Positions 39,126 through 47,986 of a DNA stretch of 64,000 bases are shown here, piece after piece (position 1 is the first letter of the stretch; the number at the start of each line of letters is the position of its first letter). This DNA is from a virus (Duplodnaviria > Caudoviricetes). The notes under the pieces were generated by a model. It was not told the DNA's origin, did not search any database, and worked only from the letters and a program-made list of their open reading frames with translations. Location: IMG/VR virus record IMGVR_UViG_3300025018_000093; one strand, given 5' to 3'. A program made the position numbers and the translations under genes.

Positions 39126-39613
39126 GTCTGAAAGGAAGTATTATTCGCCTCGCGTACCAGCGCCCTGCTCTGCGGAAGCACCTGCTTCCGTTGGTCTCGG
39201 AGAAAACCGCTGCGGAAGAGGTTCCCCTGGATGTTCAGGATTTCTTGCTCCGCATAGAGCGCACGGTGAAGAGGTACTTTCCGAGGGGGCACTTCGGTAT
39301 CCGAGCTGCTAAGGGGTTGGCGAACAGCTACGACATCTACATGGTGACCGCGACGCTCCCCAAGGGAAAGCAGCCTAACGGAATCATGCAGAATGACCCA
39401 TCGTTCAACACCTTCTGGATGTTTGGAGCCTACACCCCAGAGAGGGGTATGAATCCAAAGATCAAAGTCGAGATGTCGCAGGGTGGGAAGCTCTACAGTC
39501 CGAATGCCTTCAAGGCACAAAAGATTGGGTGGCGGGACAAGACCGGCACACCCGCACAGATTATCGCCCACTTCGACCGCTACTATGCCACGCTCGCGTC
39601 CATGGTGGAGTGA
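39122..39613 (+). CDS. Putative internal head protein with N-terminal RLAY tag
   Basis: Begins MSLKGSIIRLAYQRPALRKHLLPLVSEKTA. Confidence 0.65.
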   Translation: MSLKGSIIRLAYQRPALRKHLLPLVSEKTAAEEVPLDVQDFLLRIERTVKRYFPRGHFGIRAAKGLANSYDIYMVTATLPKGKQPNGIMQNDPSFNTFWMFGAYTPERGMNPKIKVEMSQGGKLYSPNAFKAQKIGWRDKTGTPAQIIAHFDRYYATLASMVE

Positions 39614-39628
39614 GGTGCGAGTTGTTAG

Positions 39629-39967
39629 ATGGCCAGTAAGTTTCATCCGGGAATTGAGATCCAACGTGCGGACATCCGCGTGTTTTTCACATACGATTGC
39701 GGGTCCCGGAGGAACGTTTGCGAGATCACCTATGCGCTTTACTATGTGGACCCCGGTCCACCAGAGGCAGAGGTTCTCATTGGGAGCCCACAGCGAACTC
39801 CTGTGAATCCCGAGGTGGGGGAGTATCACCCAGCGCTGTTCCTACCACTCAGTGCTGCTGTTGGATGGTACAGGCTCCGTTGGGTCTTTCGAAAGTCCCC
39901 AGAGTCCTTGCCTGAGCAAATTGTGATGCAGTTTCAAGTGGTGAGAAAGCTTCGGAGTCACGCATGA
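39629..39967 (+). CDS. Ig-like domain protein, paralog of the neck-protein N-terminal domain
   Basis: EITYALYYVDPGPPE.EVLIG..QRTPVNPE.GEY is shared with 39964-40280. Confidence 0.75.
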   Translation: MASKFHPGIEIQRADIRVFFTYDCGSRRNVCEITYALYYVDPGPPEAEVLIGSPQRTPVNPEVGEYHPALFLPLSAAVGWYRLRWVFRKSPESLPEQIVMQFQVVRKLRSHA

Positions 39968-40461
39968 CAATTCAATTCAATCCCGGAAGTGAGGTGCAAC
40001 GTGGGGATCTCTGCGCGTTCTTTCAGGATGCTTGTGGGTCCCGGACGAACATCTACGAGATCACCTATGCGCTCTACTACGTGGACCCCGGTCCCCCGGA
40101 GACAGAGGTTCTTATCGGGGCTGCACAGCGGACACCTGTGAATCCTGAGATGGGGGAGTACTACGCAGCACTGTACATCCCCCCGGACGCCATCGTGGGG
40201 AGCTATCGCATTCGGTGGACCTTCAAGGAAGCGAATGATGTTTCTCCTGCACAGGAGATCGTCATGGAGTTCCAGGTCGTGGCCAATGAGGCAACTCTGG
40301 GATGCCATTACAGTGCCTGCGTCCGGGAGCTGATGCGTCGGTTGCGCATTCACCTCCGAGATCAGTGTGTTGCTGGAGAGGAGTTGGTTGAAGTGATGGT
40401 CCACGGGGAGAAAATTGTGCTCCGAATGGACGAGCTTTGGGAGCTGACAAATGTCGAGTGA
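39964..40461 (+). CDS. Neck/head-tail adaptor N-extein (134 aa) + split intein N-half (31 aa, 40366-40458)
   Basis: ...RIHLRDQ|CVAGEELVEV...VE*; Cys1 and an intein block-A pattern. Confidence 0.8.
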   Translation: MTIQFNPGSEVQRGDLCAFFQDACGSRTNIYEITYALYYVDPGPPETEVLIGAAQRTPVNPEMGEYYAALYIPPDAIVGSYRIRWTFKEANDVSPAQEIVMEFQVVANEATLGCHYSACVRELMRRLRIHLRDQCVAGEELVEVMVHGEKIVLRMDELWELTNVE

Positions 40462-41356
40462 ACCACATTCTGTGTTGCTACCTTTGTTTGCGGAGCACGA
40501 TATCTCTTATGAAGTATTTCGTAAGAAGAGGAGACCTCCTCTGGGGATTCGGGAAAAAAGAGCTGCTATCGTGACCTGTCTACATCAACAGGGGTACTCG
40601 TGGTCTGAGATGATTTCAGTTACGGGCTTGTCTCAGGGGGCAATTCAAAGACTGACACAGGCCAAGGGTTGCGCCGCAGTACAGGAGAAGCTGAGGCTCC
40701 TGGGAACAGAGGTCGGGAAGTCCTGGAAAAGTCGCAAAAGACCAGGCCAACTTGAGCGGCAGTGGGAGACAGGGGTATTTGACCACCTTCGCGGACGTAA
40801 GCGTCCTGTCTGGGAGAGGGAGTGTTTGAAGGACTCTTGGACCCCAGAAAGAAGAGATGCCCAAGCTGTGCGTAGTTCTGAGACTGTATGGGGGGTCGAG
40901 GAAGTTCGAAATCGGATTCTGGCTTTCCACCGTTCTCCCGAAGAAAGGGCGCGGCGTTCTCGTCTTCAAACTCAGCGTATGCAAGAGAACCCTGTGAAGT
41001 ATCTTCGCGGGAAGGGTGGTTGGGTAGAAACTCCCAAGGGCGATAAAGATCAGGTTTTTGTGCGAAGTTCTTATGAGAGGGCGGCAATTTCTCTGCTAGA
41101 AGAGGACCCTCTGGTTATCAGTTACCAATTTGAGCCTCGATTTGTTCTTCTCAATGGTAAGTGGATACTTCCCGATTTCTTGGTACTTCCAAACCAGCCT
41201 CCCCACATACTCATCGAGGTGAAGGCTTCCTGGGTTTTGAAGCAAGCCCCCGATACAAAAGTACAACAGAGACTCCGTGCTGCTCAGAGCGTAGCTTCCG
41301 AAAGAGGCTGGAGCTTTGAGGTCTGGACGGAAGAGGAGTTGGCAGATGCTCTCTGA
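40451..41356 (+). CDS. Free-standing homing endonuclease: HTH + TnsA-N-like PD-(D/E)XK domain
   Basis: RSSYERAA...YQFEP...LPDFLV...LIEVKA...GWSFEVWTE. Overlaps both intein halves by 11 nt. Confidence 0.8.
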   Translation: MSSEPHSVLLPLFAEHDISYEVFRKKRRPPLGIREKRAAIVTCLHQQGYSWSEMISVTGLSQGAIQRLTQAKGCAAVQEKLRLLGTEVGKSWKSRKRPGQLERQWETGVFDHLRGRKRPVWERECLKDSWTPERRDAQAVRSSETVWGVEEVRNRILAFHRSPEERARRSRLQTQRMQENPVKYLRGKGGWVETPKGDKDQVFVRSSYERAAISLLEEDPLVISYQFEPRFVLLNGKWILPDFLVLPNQPPHILIEVKASWVLKQAPDTKVQQRLRAAQSVASERGWSFEVWTEEELADAL

Positions 41357-42239
41357 TGCGCAAAAAGAAAAGATCACTCGGGCCTTCCAGGAGAAGGCAT
41401 TGTGTGTAAGGTCTGTCTCTCCCGAGGGGCATTCCGAGTGGAAACGGGTTGTCCAGACGCATCGTGCTGAAGTGCCCTGGGAGGATATTTTTGAAGCAGA
41501 AACGGAGGGAGGGTCCTTTACTCTTACACGGGGACATCGTGTTTTCGTGACTCCTGTCGTAAAGGAGTCCATGGAGGACTTGAAAGAAGGTAGCACGGTT
41601 ACAGGTGTCCGAGAGGGAAAGGTAGTCGAGATTCCCCTTCGGGGTGTCAAGAGAGTGGCTTACCGCAGGTTCATGTATGATCTAACAGCGGAGGATTGGC
41701 ACAACTTTGTGCTGCATACCTCCGGTGTCCTGATCAGCAACAGCCCCGACAAGTTCTATCACTTCCGGCCCCCAGAGCACGAGGGGCGCATCGGAAAGTT
41801 CAACAGGGTGTTTGGGCAAATCTGGGAGGACGAAGAGCTGCTGGTCTACCTCCAGACGGCGCTGACAGACTGGAATGCTAAGCCCCCGGAGACCGAGAGT
41901 CTTTGCACCTTGGATGCACTCTGCGCACACAAGCCTGTATGGACCGGCTACATCATGACGAGAGCTATGTTCTATGCTCTCTATGCCCTGGCAATCAACT
42001 GGGTCGCTGACGAGTTCGATTACAGTATCGGTGGAATCTCCCTCAATATTGACAAGTCGTCGAAGTATGAGCAGATGAAACAGAATGCTAAGGCCGAGTG
42101 GGACTCTCACGTCGAGACCAAGTTGCAAACCACCAAGCTCGTGCGTGGTCTGCAGCAACCGCGATTCGGTATCGGCATACGCAGCGCGTTCGGCCCACAT
42201 GTAGGCCGGGGTGTTTTGAGCCCCCGATCCTTCCTCTGA
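41346..42239 (+). CDS. Split intein C-half (132 aa, 41346-41741) + neck/adaptor C-extein (165 aa)
   Basis: GAGGAG RBS; TLTRGH (block B), MYDLTAEDWHNF (block F), GVLISN|S (block G). Extein contains WEDEELLVYLQTA. Confidence 0.85.
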   Translation: MLSDAQKEKITRAFQEKALCVRSVSPEGHSEWKRVVQTHRAEVPWEDIFEAETEGGSFTLTRGHRVFVTPVVKESMEDLKEGSTVTGVREGKVVEIPLRGVKRVAYRRFMYDLTAEDWHNFVLHTSGVLISNSPDKFYHFRPPEHEGRIGKFNRVFGQIWEDEELLVYLQTALTDWNAKPPETESLCTLDALCAHKPVWTGYIMTRAMFYALYALAINWVADEFDYSIGGISLNIDKSSKYEQMKQNAKAEWDSHVETKLQTTKLVRGLQQPRFGIGIRSAFGPHVGRGVLSPRSFL

Positions 42240-42336
42240 GCAATTTTTTCTAAGTAATTACAATCACTTACGTTTTTCTGGACACGTCCTCAGACTTTTG
42301 CTACCTTGATTCAGGTGGCAGTCGATGGAGGACCAC

Positions 42337-42480
42337 ATGCCAGTCAAATGCCCGTACTGCGGAAAAGAGTTTCAAGGTGACAAGCTCAACGCACGTCACT
42401 TGTCGAAGTGCAACCCTGAGCTGCAAGCAACCGTGCCCCCGTGCCTCTGCGGGCACGAGTCTACGTCATTGGGGTGTTAA
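42337..42480 (+). pseudogene. Truncated Zn-finger ORF, probable endonuclease N-terminus
   Basis: GGAGG RBS; MPVKCPYCGKEF...NARHLSKC...CLCGH, then a stop after 47 aa. Confidence 0.5.
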
Positions 42481-42642
42481 CGCGTTTTCGATTTCGTCTA
42501 CACAACGTAGTAGATTGGTTTGTACCTGCGTCTCTGAGAAGCGAAGTACTTGGAACCCTCTTTGTTCTAGGTGCTTTGTTTGCTTCTGGTCTTTTTCCAA
42601 TTGCTTTGGAAAACGGGAGCTATGCCAGTAGTCGCCATCCGC
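42466..42642 (-). pseudogene. Startless DUF559/Vsr-like endonuclease C-terminal remnant
   Basis: Hand translation: ADGDYWHSSRFPKQLEKDQKQTKHLEQRGFQVLRFSETQVQTNLLRCVDEIENALTPQ*. Confidence 0.7.
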
Positions 42643-42699
42643 AATCTTCTGCTTTGCAGAGCTTTTTTGTTCTGCTGTCTGAGCAAGCGGGGGAATGCT

Positions 42700-44181
42700 A
42701 TGACGTTACTTCGAGACCTGGTACGGTTAGCGTACAAGCATGCGCACCTGCGCCCTGCTTTGCTTCCCCTCCTGAGGGAGGCGGCCTCTGCGGATTCCTG
42801 GAATGAGGACAAGCACGGCAACAAGTGGAGAGAAGTGAGTGGTCGTGTGGAGTATGAGTTCGAGCCGGATGTACCTCCGAGCAGACGAACCTGGCCTCCT
42901 CGACAAGATCACATCAAGACTGCCGAGCTGGCAATGCTGCGGAACGGTTACAAGACCGACAAGTCCGACCTACTTCAAGTTGTGGAAGGTGAGAAGCTTG
43001 TGCGGTATTGCGTGCAAGTCCCTGCATTTCTCCCACCGAACAAGTCCGGTGTGAGCCGTATAGCACCCGTCAAGGTGCAACTGGACTTGCGAGGCCTGGT
43101 TGTGGACAAGAGGCCCTCGGATTGTGTACCCCTTCCGAGTCTTGTCGCCCGGTATGCCAGATTCATACACCAGGGTAGAAAAACAGTTCGACGTGACACC
43201 CTGAAAGGGTACTTCAAGTCTGGGTTCTATGTTCGATTTGGAGCATGGTCCGGCCCGTCTACGTTTGGACTTGTGACGAACAATGAGGATTACGACGAGT
43301 GGAGTGAGCTGGGGAAACGTCATGAGATGGGTGTGTCCGTTTACGGCGTGCGGCGGATACGAGGTCGTTGGGTACTGGAGGACATAGATCGTAGTCAAGC
43401 GGTCTATGGTGTTGGAGACTACTGGGAGCACATGCTTGGCAGTGTACTGCGGAACCGACCGCTCTATCTCGTTCGTGGTGTTCCCATTGCAATCGAAGAC
43501 TCCCAGAATCCTGACAAGCCCTACTTGGCTAAGGGATCCGACGGGGAGCCCCTGTTGGAGCTGGATTCCGTGCACAAGGTCCAACAACTGAACCCCTATG
43601 AGGTCTTCGTCATTGACACGAAATCGGAGTCTGGCGTGAACGTTGGGAATGAACTCTCTATAGGCGATGCTAGTTGGCAAGGACGGATTGTTTCGCAGCC
43701 AGCTGGAGAGACGGCAATGAATCGGAATGCAACGGGGCGCTTAGCCGGAAACGGGGTTTCTATTTGGTTTGGGGACTCCTTTATCGGGTCTCCAAAAGCT
43801 TTTGGCCAACGCGGATACCCAACGTTGCGGGAAGCTGTGTCCGCAGCAAAGGCGGCAGTGGGTAAGCTACCCTCCCCTCTAGTGGCGGAAGATCCTGGAT
43901 TCCTCCCACCGGGATCTGTAGGTAAGCCACTGGCATCAAGTTGGAAACTTGGTGAGGCTGTGAATGCGGGTATTGTTTTGCACTACCCCCAGCCAGGCGG
44001 GAAGAGCCTGTACATGGCTGCGAGTAACTACCTGGTGAAACGAAAGCATCGACCTGCGGATAGCTTATCCATGAAGCCTCTGCCGAAACAGAAGGGGACT
44101 TTGCGGCCTTTGCATGCAAGTGTGATTCGACTTGCCTACCAACACCCAGAGCTGCGAAAGCATCTTCTTCCGCTACTGTGA
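42700..44181 (+). CDS. Putative multidomain internal head protein, RLAY tag at both ends
   Basis: N: LVRLAYKHAHLRPALLPLL. C: VIRLAYQHPELRKHLLPLL*. Middle YVRFG...EMGVSVY domain. Confidence 0.7.
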   Translation: MTLLRDLVRLAYKHAHLRPALLPLLREAASADSWNEDKHGNKWREVSGRVEYEFEPDVPPSRRTWPPRQDHIKTAELAMLRNGYKTDKSDLLQVVEGEKLVRYCVQVPAFLPPNKSGVSRIAPVKVQLDLRGLVVDKRPSDCVPLPSLVARYARFIHQGRKTVRRDTLKGYFKSGFYVRFGAWSGPSTFGLVTNNEDYDEWSELGKRHEMGVSVYGVRRIRGRWVLEDIDRSQAVYGVGDYWEHMLGSVLRNRPLYLVRGVPIAIEDSQNPDKPYLAKGSDGEPLLELDSVHKVQQLNPYEVFVIDTKSESGVNVGNELSIGDASWQGRIVSQPAGETAMNRNATGRLAGNGVSIWFGDSFIGSPKAFGQRGYPTLREAVSAAKAAVGKLPSPLVAEDPGFLPPGSVGKPLASSWKLGEAVNAGIVLHYPQPGGKSLYMAASNYLVKRKHRPADSLSMKPLPKQKGTLRPLHASVIRLAYQHPELRKHLLPLL

Positions 44182-44262
44182 CAAGCTGGTAGGTAAGGAC
44201 AGAGGATTCAATTCCTCGTTTATAGTCTCAGGGGAGTGTTCCCCGACGTTGGAGGTTCTCAG

Positions 44263-44991
44263 ATGACTTTGATCCCGAAAGACAAGAAAGTATTTGATCA
44301 GTTCACGGACAAGAGGGCTAGTCGTTTTGCGGGTGCTGCCGTTTCCGAGCGATCCTTGCGTGCAAGTGTGATTCGACTTGCCTACCAACGCCCAGAGCTG
44401 AGAGGTCACCTGCTCCCTTTGCTGCGACAAGCTAGCAGTGTGGATATCGTTGCGAAGGTGGGCTATGGATTGCGAACGTTTGCAAGTAGCCTAGCTCCGA
44501 ATTGGACAGAAGATAGTGCCCTGGAATGGGCGGGTCTGCTCGACCGGAACAGGAACCTCTTCTCCTACTACAGACCGCTAATCCGTGGGGGTAAGTTTGT
44601 GGACCTCCCGGATGAAGTTCTGGATGAGATCCTCTCTTGGGAGGCCCCTCTGCTCAAGTTGTTCAAGAAAATGCAGTCGATCCTTAACAAGGTCGGATAC
44701 CCGCAACGAGTGGCCAACATGATGGCTGGTCTCACCGAGAGAGCAATCTATGTAGGTCATGCGGACCCCGTCCAGAAGATTTTGGAAAGCCTCGTGTTGT
44801 CGCTAGACGCCAGGAATGCTTACAAAGACCTCGGAGCGAAGGGAGAGCAGGTAGCTCGCATGATAGCGAAGCTTTCCAAGGTATCCCTGAAAATTGGGGC
44901 TGACACAGGTGTGAGTGACGTGGGTGAGAGTGTGACGGATGACGTGTATGATCTCGATGCGGAGTACAACAAGGACCTGCGTTCCTACTAG
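44263..44991 (+). CDS. Putative internal head protein with RLAY tag
   Basis: GGAGG RBS; SVIRLAYQRPELRGHLLPLLRQAS. Confidence 0.65.
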   Translation: MTLIPKDKKVFDQFTDKRASRFAGAAVSERSLRASVIRLAYQRPELRGHLLPLLRQASSVDIVAKVGYGLRTFASSLAPNWTEDSALEWAGLLDRNRNLFSYYRPLIRGGKFVDLPDEVLDEILSWEAPLLKLFKKMQSILNKVGYPQRVANMMAGLTERAIYVGHADPVQKILESLVLSLDARNAYKDLGAKGEQVARMIAKLSKVSLKIGADTGVSDVGESVTDDVYDLDAEYNKDLRSY

Positions 44992-45001
44992 CCCCTACAC
45001 G

Positions 45002-45844
45002 TCAGCCCAGTAGCACCTGGTTGGTCGCGTTGATGGTAGCCTCAAAGTCTGCCTCGGTCATCTCGACATTGCGAGGAGACCCTGCGATCCCCTTGTGCCC
45101 ACCGGCTTCTGGTCCCCAGAGTTCCTGGACCAGAGCGCAGCAGTTCAGCGGCACACTGGGGTTCTCTGCGGAGACCGTGATCGCCTTCGTCTTTGTGTTG
45201 AAGGCGATGACGGCTTGGGCCACGTGCCCCTCGTGCTCGTACAGGTGGTTGACGAAGGCGTCGGCTTCCCGCACCAGGACGTTCCCATGCCATCGGAGGA
45301 AGCTCTGGACTTCCAGCTCAGCTTGCTTCACCGCGTTGGCGTCGCCGGCAGTGAGCAGAGACTCGTCACCGTCCAGGATGGCTGTGATGACCTCGGTGGC
45401 CTTCTGCAGGAACTCCGTGCAGTCGACTGCCGTCCCGTCACGGGGCGGGAAGTAGCGATTGCTCGTGCTCCAGGCCCAGAATGCTTGGAGTGCCCGGATG
45501 TCCTCCTCAGAAGCCTCGGCTTGGCACAGACGGTGTGCTCCGTTGACGTCCACGAAGGCGGCCAGCTCCCAGAACCCTGCATGGTTGGGGTAGGCAGCGG
45601 GATGCTTCGTGACGACCATGACACCACCAAGGGTGTCAAGATCAAAGTGGCTCAGACCGATGGTCTCGACTTGGTTCGGCTCCACCGTTGCCACACAAGG
45701 AGCAGGGTTGTGTGCCCGCTCGCCGTGATGAGCGAGTGTAAGGAGCTTCCCCTCGACCAGGACCGAGCCGTACTCGGCCTCGACGGTGGCGTCCAGATTG
45801 AGTTCCGCCAATTTTTCTGCGCTGCTTGCGATCCAAATTCTCAT
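45002..45844 (-). CDS. DHH-like phosphoesterase-related protein
   Basis: AHH, SHFDLDTLGG, and C-terminal GGHKGIAGSPR (DHHA1-like); GGAGG RBS. The only intact minus-strand gene seen. Confidence 0.6.
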   Translation of the reverse strand: MRIWIASSAEKLAELNLDATVEAEYGSVLVEGKLLTLAHHGERAHNPAPCVATVEPNQVETIGLSHFDLDTLGGVMVVTKHPAAYPNHAGFWELAAFVDVNGAHRLCQAEASEEDIRALQAFWAWSTSNRYFPPRDGTAVDCTEFLQKATEVITAILDGDESLLTAGDANAVKQAELEVQSFLRWHGNVLVREADAFVNHLYEHEGHVAQAVIAFNTKTKAITVSAENPSVPLNCCALVQELWGPEAGGHKGIAGSPRNVEMTEADFEATINATNQVLLG

Positions 45845-46054
45845 CTTACCCTCCAAGGGAGCGAGTCAACCTGACCCGCTTGTTGTGTGTAGAACCGTCG
45901 TTTTGCGCGGCATGTGACACTTTGCAGAAAGTATTTCACCACCGCAGCAGGACCGTCGGTGGTAGATACACTATACCCCGGCTTTCTGTGGTTGACCAGC
46001 GTTCTCTTCCAAGGTCCCACTTGAGGTCTCCTTTCAACACGAGGTTCTGTCATC

Positions 46055-46717
46055 ATGCCGTACAATCAGTTGGCGCTTTTCCGGTCTGCTGGAAGTGATC
46101 CCTATTTCTCCAAGCGGGCAGAGTTCAAGATGTCCCCGGCAGACAAGAAGGTCTTGGATGCTTTCGTTGACAAAGAGTCTGCGGACTCCAAGAAGTTGTC
46201 CTCCGATGGAAAGACGCTGGATGGCAACTGGATGGGCGGTAAGGGAATTGCCGTGTGGAAGGGTGACAAGATCCATCTTGAGGATACGGGTGGAAAGTCT
46301 GCGGATACGATCCACCGTGCCATCCGCAAGATGGCCCCTCGTAACCTGGTAGCAGCGTCCCGTCAGGCAGCCGTCAGGCAGGGGGTTCGCTCCCTCATCC
46401 ACAAGCTCGCTCGGATGTCCGACGAGGCGCGGGAGCTGGAGTTGTTCATCGAGAATGACGGGCAGCTCTACCGGCAGCAGTATGCTCCGATCATTCAGAA
46501 CCTGATGCGCAAGCGGAACAAGGGGGTGTATGACTTCGCCCTGAGCATCAAGCTCTTCATGTACCTGGCAGACGCTGGTGCCAAGAAGTACCACGCTGAG
46601 TTTGGATCACCAGGGCTCCCCTGGAACAAAGCCTTCCCCAAGGCGACACGAATGGAAGTTGCCAAGTCTTTGGCAGAGTCCTTCCTGACTGAGGCTGAGT
46701 CCGGTGGATATCAGTGA
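46055..46717 (+). CDS. Two-domain hypothetical, probable internal head protein
   Basis: DKKVLDAFVDK domain, an RQAA linker, then an ELELFIENDGQLY...YD...GAKKY domain. Confidence 0.65.
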   Translation: MPYNQLALFRSAGSDPYFSKRAEFKMSPADKKVLDAFVDKESADSKKLSSDGKTLDGNWMGGKGIAVWKGDKIHLEDTGGKSADTIHRAIRKMAPRNLVAASRQAAVRQGVRSLIHKLARMSDEARELELFIENDGQLYRQQYAPIIQNLMRKRNKGVYDFALSIKLFMYLADAGAKKYHAEFGSPGLPWNKAFPKATRMEVAKSLAESFLTEAESGGYQ

Positions 46718-46813
46718 AGAGGTTGGAAAGGTTGGCCTCCTTCCAGGCCGAGGACAGTTTCTCCTGAGCCATGGTTTTCGGCAAGCGTTGCGGGATAGCA
46801 TATAGGTGATCGG

Positions 46814-47977
46814 ATGGCTGGAACACCCCATGGAATCCATTCAATAGTCAGTGCCTATGCTTCGAATGAAATTGCGGTGCAGGCACAGTTCTGTCGAATC
46901 ATTGCGGCCCTTGATCACGTAGAGGCCTTCGGTTACTGCACACGGATCGCGAGCTACTACGGGCTGACCGGCACGGGGTTTGGGATGCCTGGAAGCGGGG
47001 CTGAGCCTGGTCGCTGGGCATTTGCGGTGTATCGTTGGAACGCCAATGCGGGGCGGACTTGGGAGTGGTACCTGCTTGTGCAATTTGGGATGGGTTCCGC
47101 AGTAGGGTCTGGGGGTGAGCCCACGTACCCAATGTACCTTTCGGATCCGAATCTTTTGTTTGCATCTGCTGTGGCGTTTGACCAGTTAGGGGCGCCGGCA
47201 AACCCTTGGAGAGGTACTGTACTGAACAATGGCGCGGATTCCAAAGCGGCCACTGTTTGGGGGAAGCCCACGGGTCATGTCGATGAGAGAGTTTATGCAT
47301 GGCCTCGGTGTAACGACACGGGTGGGACCTATGCAACGAATAAGCAGTCGCTAGCTGTTGCAGAGGCTGTGTCCTCAAGTAACTACTATGGCTATACTAT
47401 GCGGTCGCATGTGCTATGCGATGCAGATGGTTTCTTTTACGGTCATGACCGCATGAATGAGGGGGAGAGTGTTGGTTTTATCATCGTTGCTCCCTACACC
47501 CCCTTGGACGGACTCTCGGCCAGAGCCCCGCTATTCATGCTCACGAGGGGTAGTGTTGGGGAGGTCCCTCTCGATGTATCTATTGGGGCTATTGGGACTT
47601 CGAATGTGGACGGAGGTGTGTTTTCACCGAAAGCAGACCAGGTTAACATCTGTCGCATTTACACGCGAGCTTCGGACTACACGGAGACGGCATACCCAGG
47701 CTATCAAAGCAACCACCAATTCACGACAAAGACCGTCACCGCCGTGCGAATCCCACTGTATGTGTATGAAGCGCCGTACCAGGGGTTTCTGGGCTATCTG
47801 GATGACTTTGTCATGCTGTCTTCTGCTGTCGTTCGAGGCAGCACGCTTCAGAGTAAGTCCTATGTGGGGTTGTTGTCCGACCATCTCAGCAATGGGGAAG
47901 GTGTTGGGATCGTGAAGTGGGATGGTGTAACCGCAGATCCAATGGCGGGTAACAGTTCCCTTGGGGTGACTTTCTGA
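46814..47977 (+). CDS. Virion protein, paralog 1 of 3
   Basis: MAGTPHG start, WDGVTxDP..G end. Confidence 0.75.
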   Translation: MAGTPHGIHSIVSAYASNEIAVQAQFCRIIAALDHVEAFGYCTRIASYYGLTGTGFGMPGSGAEPGRWAFAVYRWNANAGRTWEWYLLVQFGMGSAVGSGGEPTYPMYLSDPNLLFASAVAFDQLGAPANPWRGTVLNNGADSKAATVWGKPTGHVDERVYAWPRCNDTGGTYATNKQSLAVAEAVSSSNYYGYTMRSHVLCDADGFFYGHDRMNEGESVGFIIVAPYTPLDGLSARAPLFMLTRGSVGEVPLDVSIGAIGTSNVDGGVFSPKADQVNICRIYTRASDYTETAYPGYQSNHQFTTKTVTAVRIPLYVYEAPYQGFLGYLDDFVMLSSAVVRGSTLQSKSYVGLLSDHLSNGEGVGIVKWDGVTADPMAGNSSLGVTF

Positions 47978-47986
47978 GGTGTTGGT

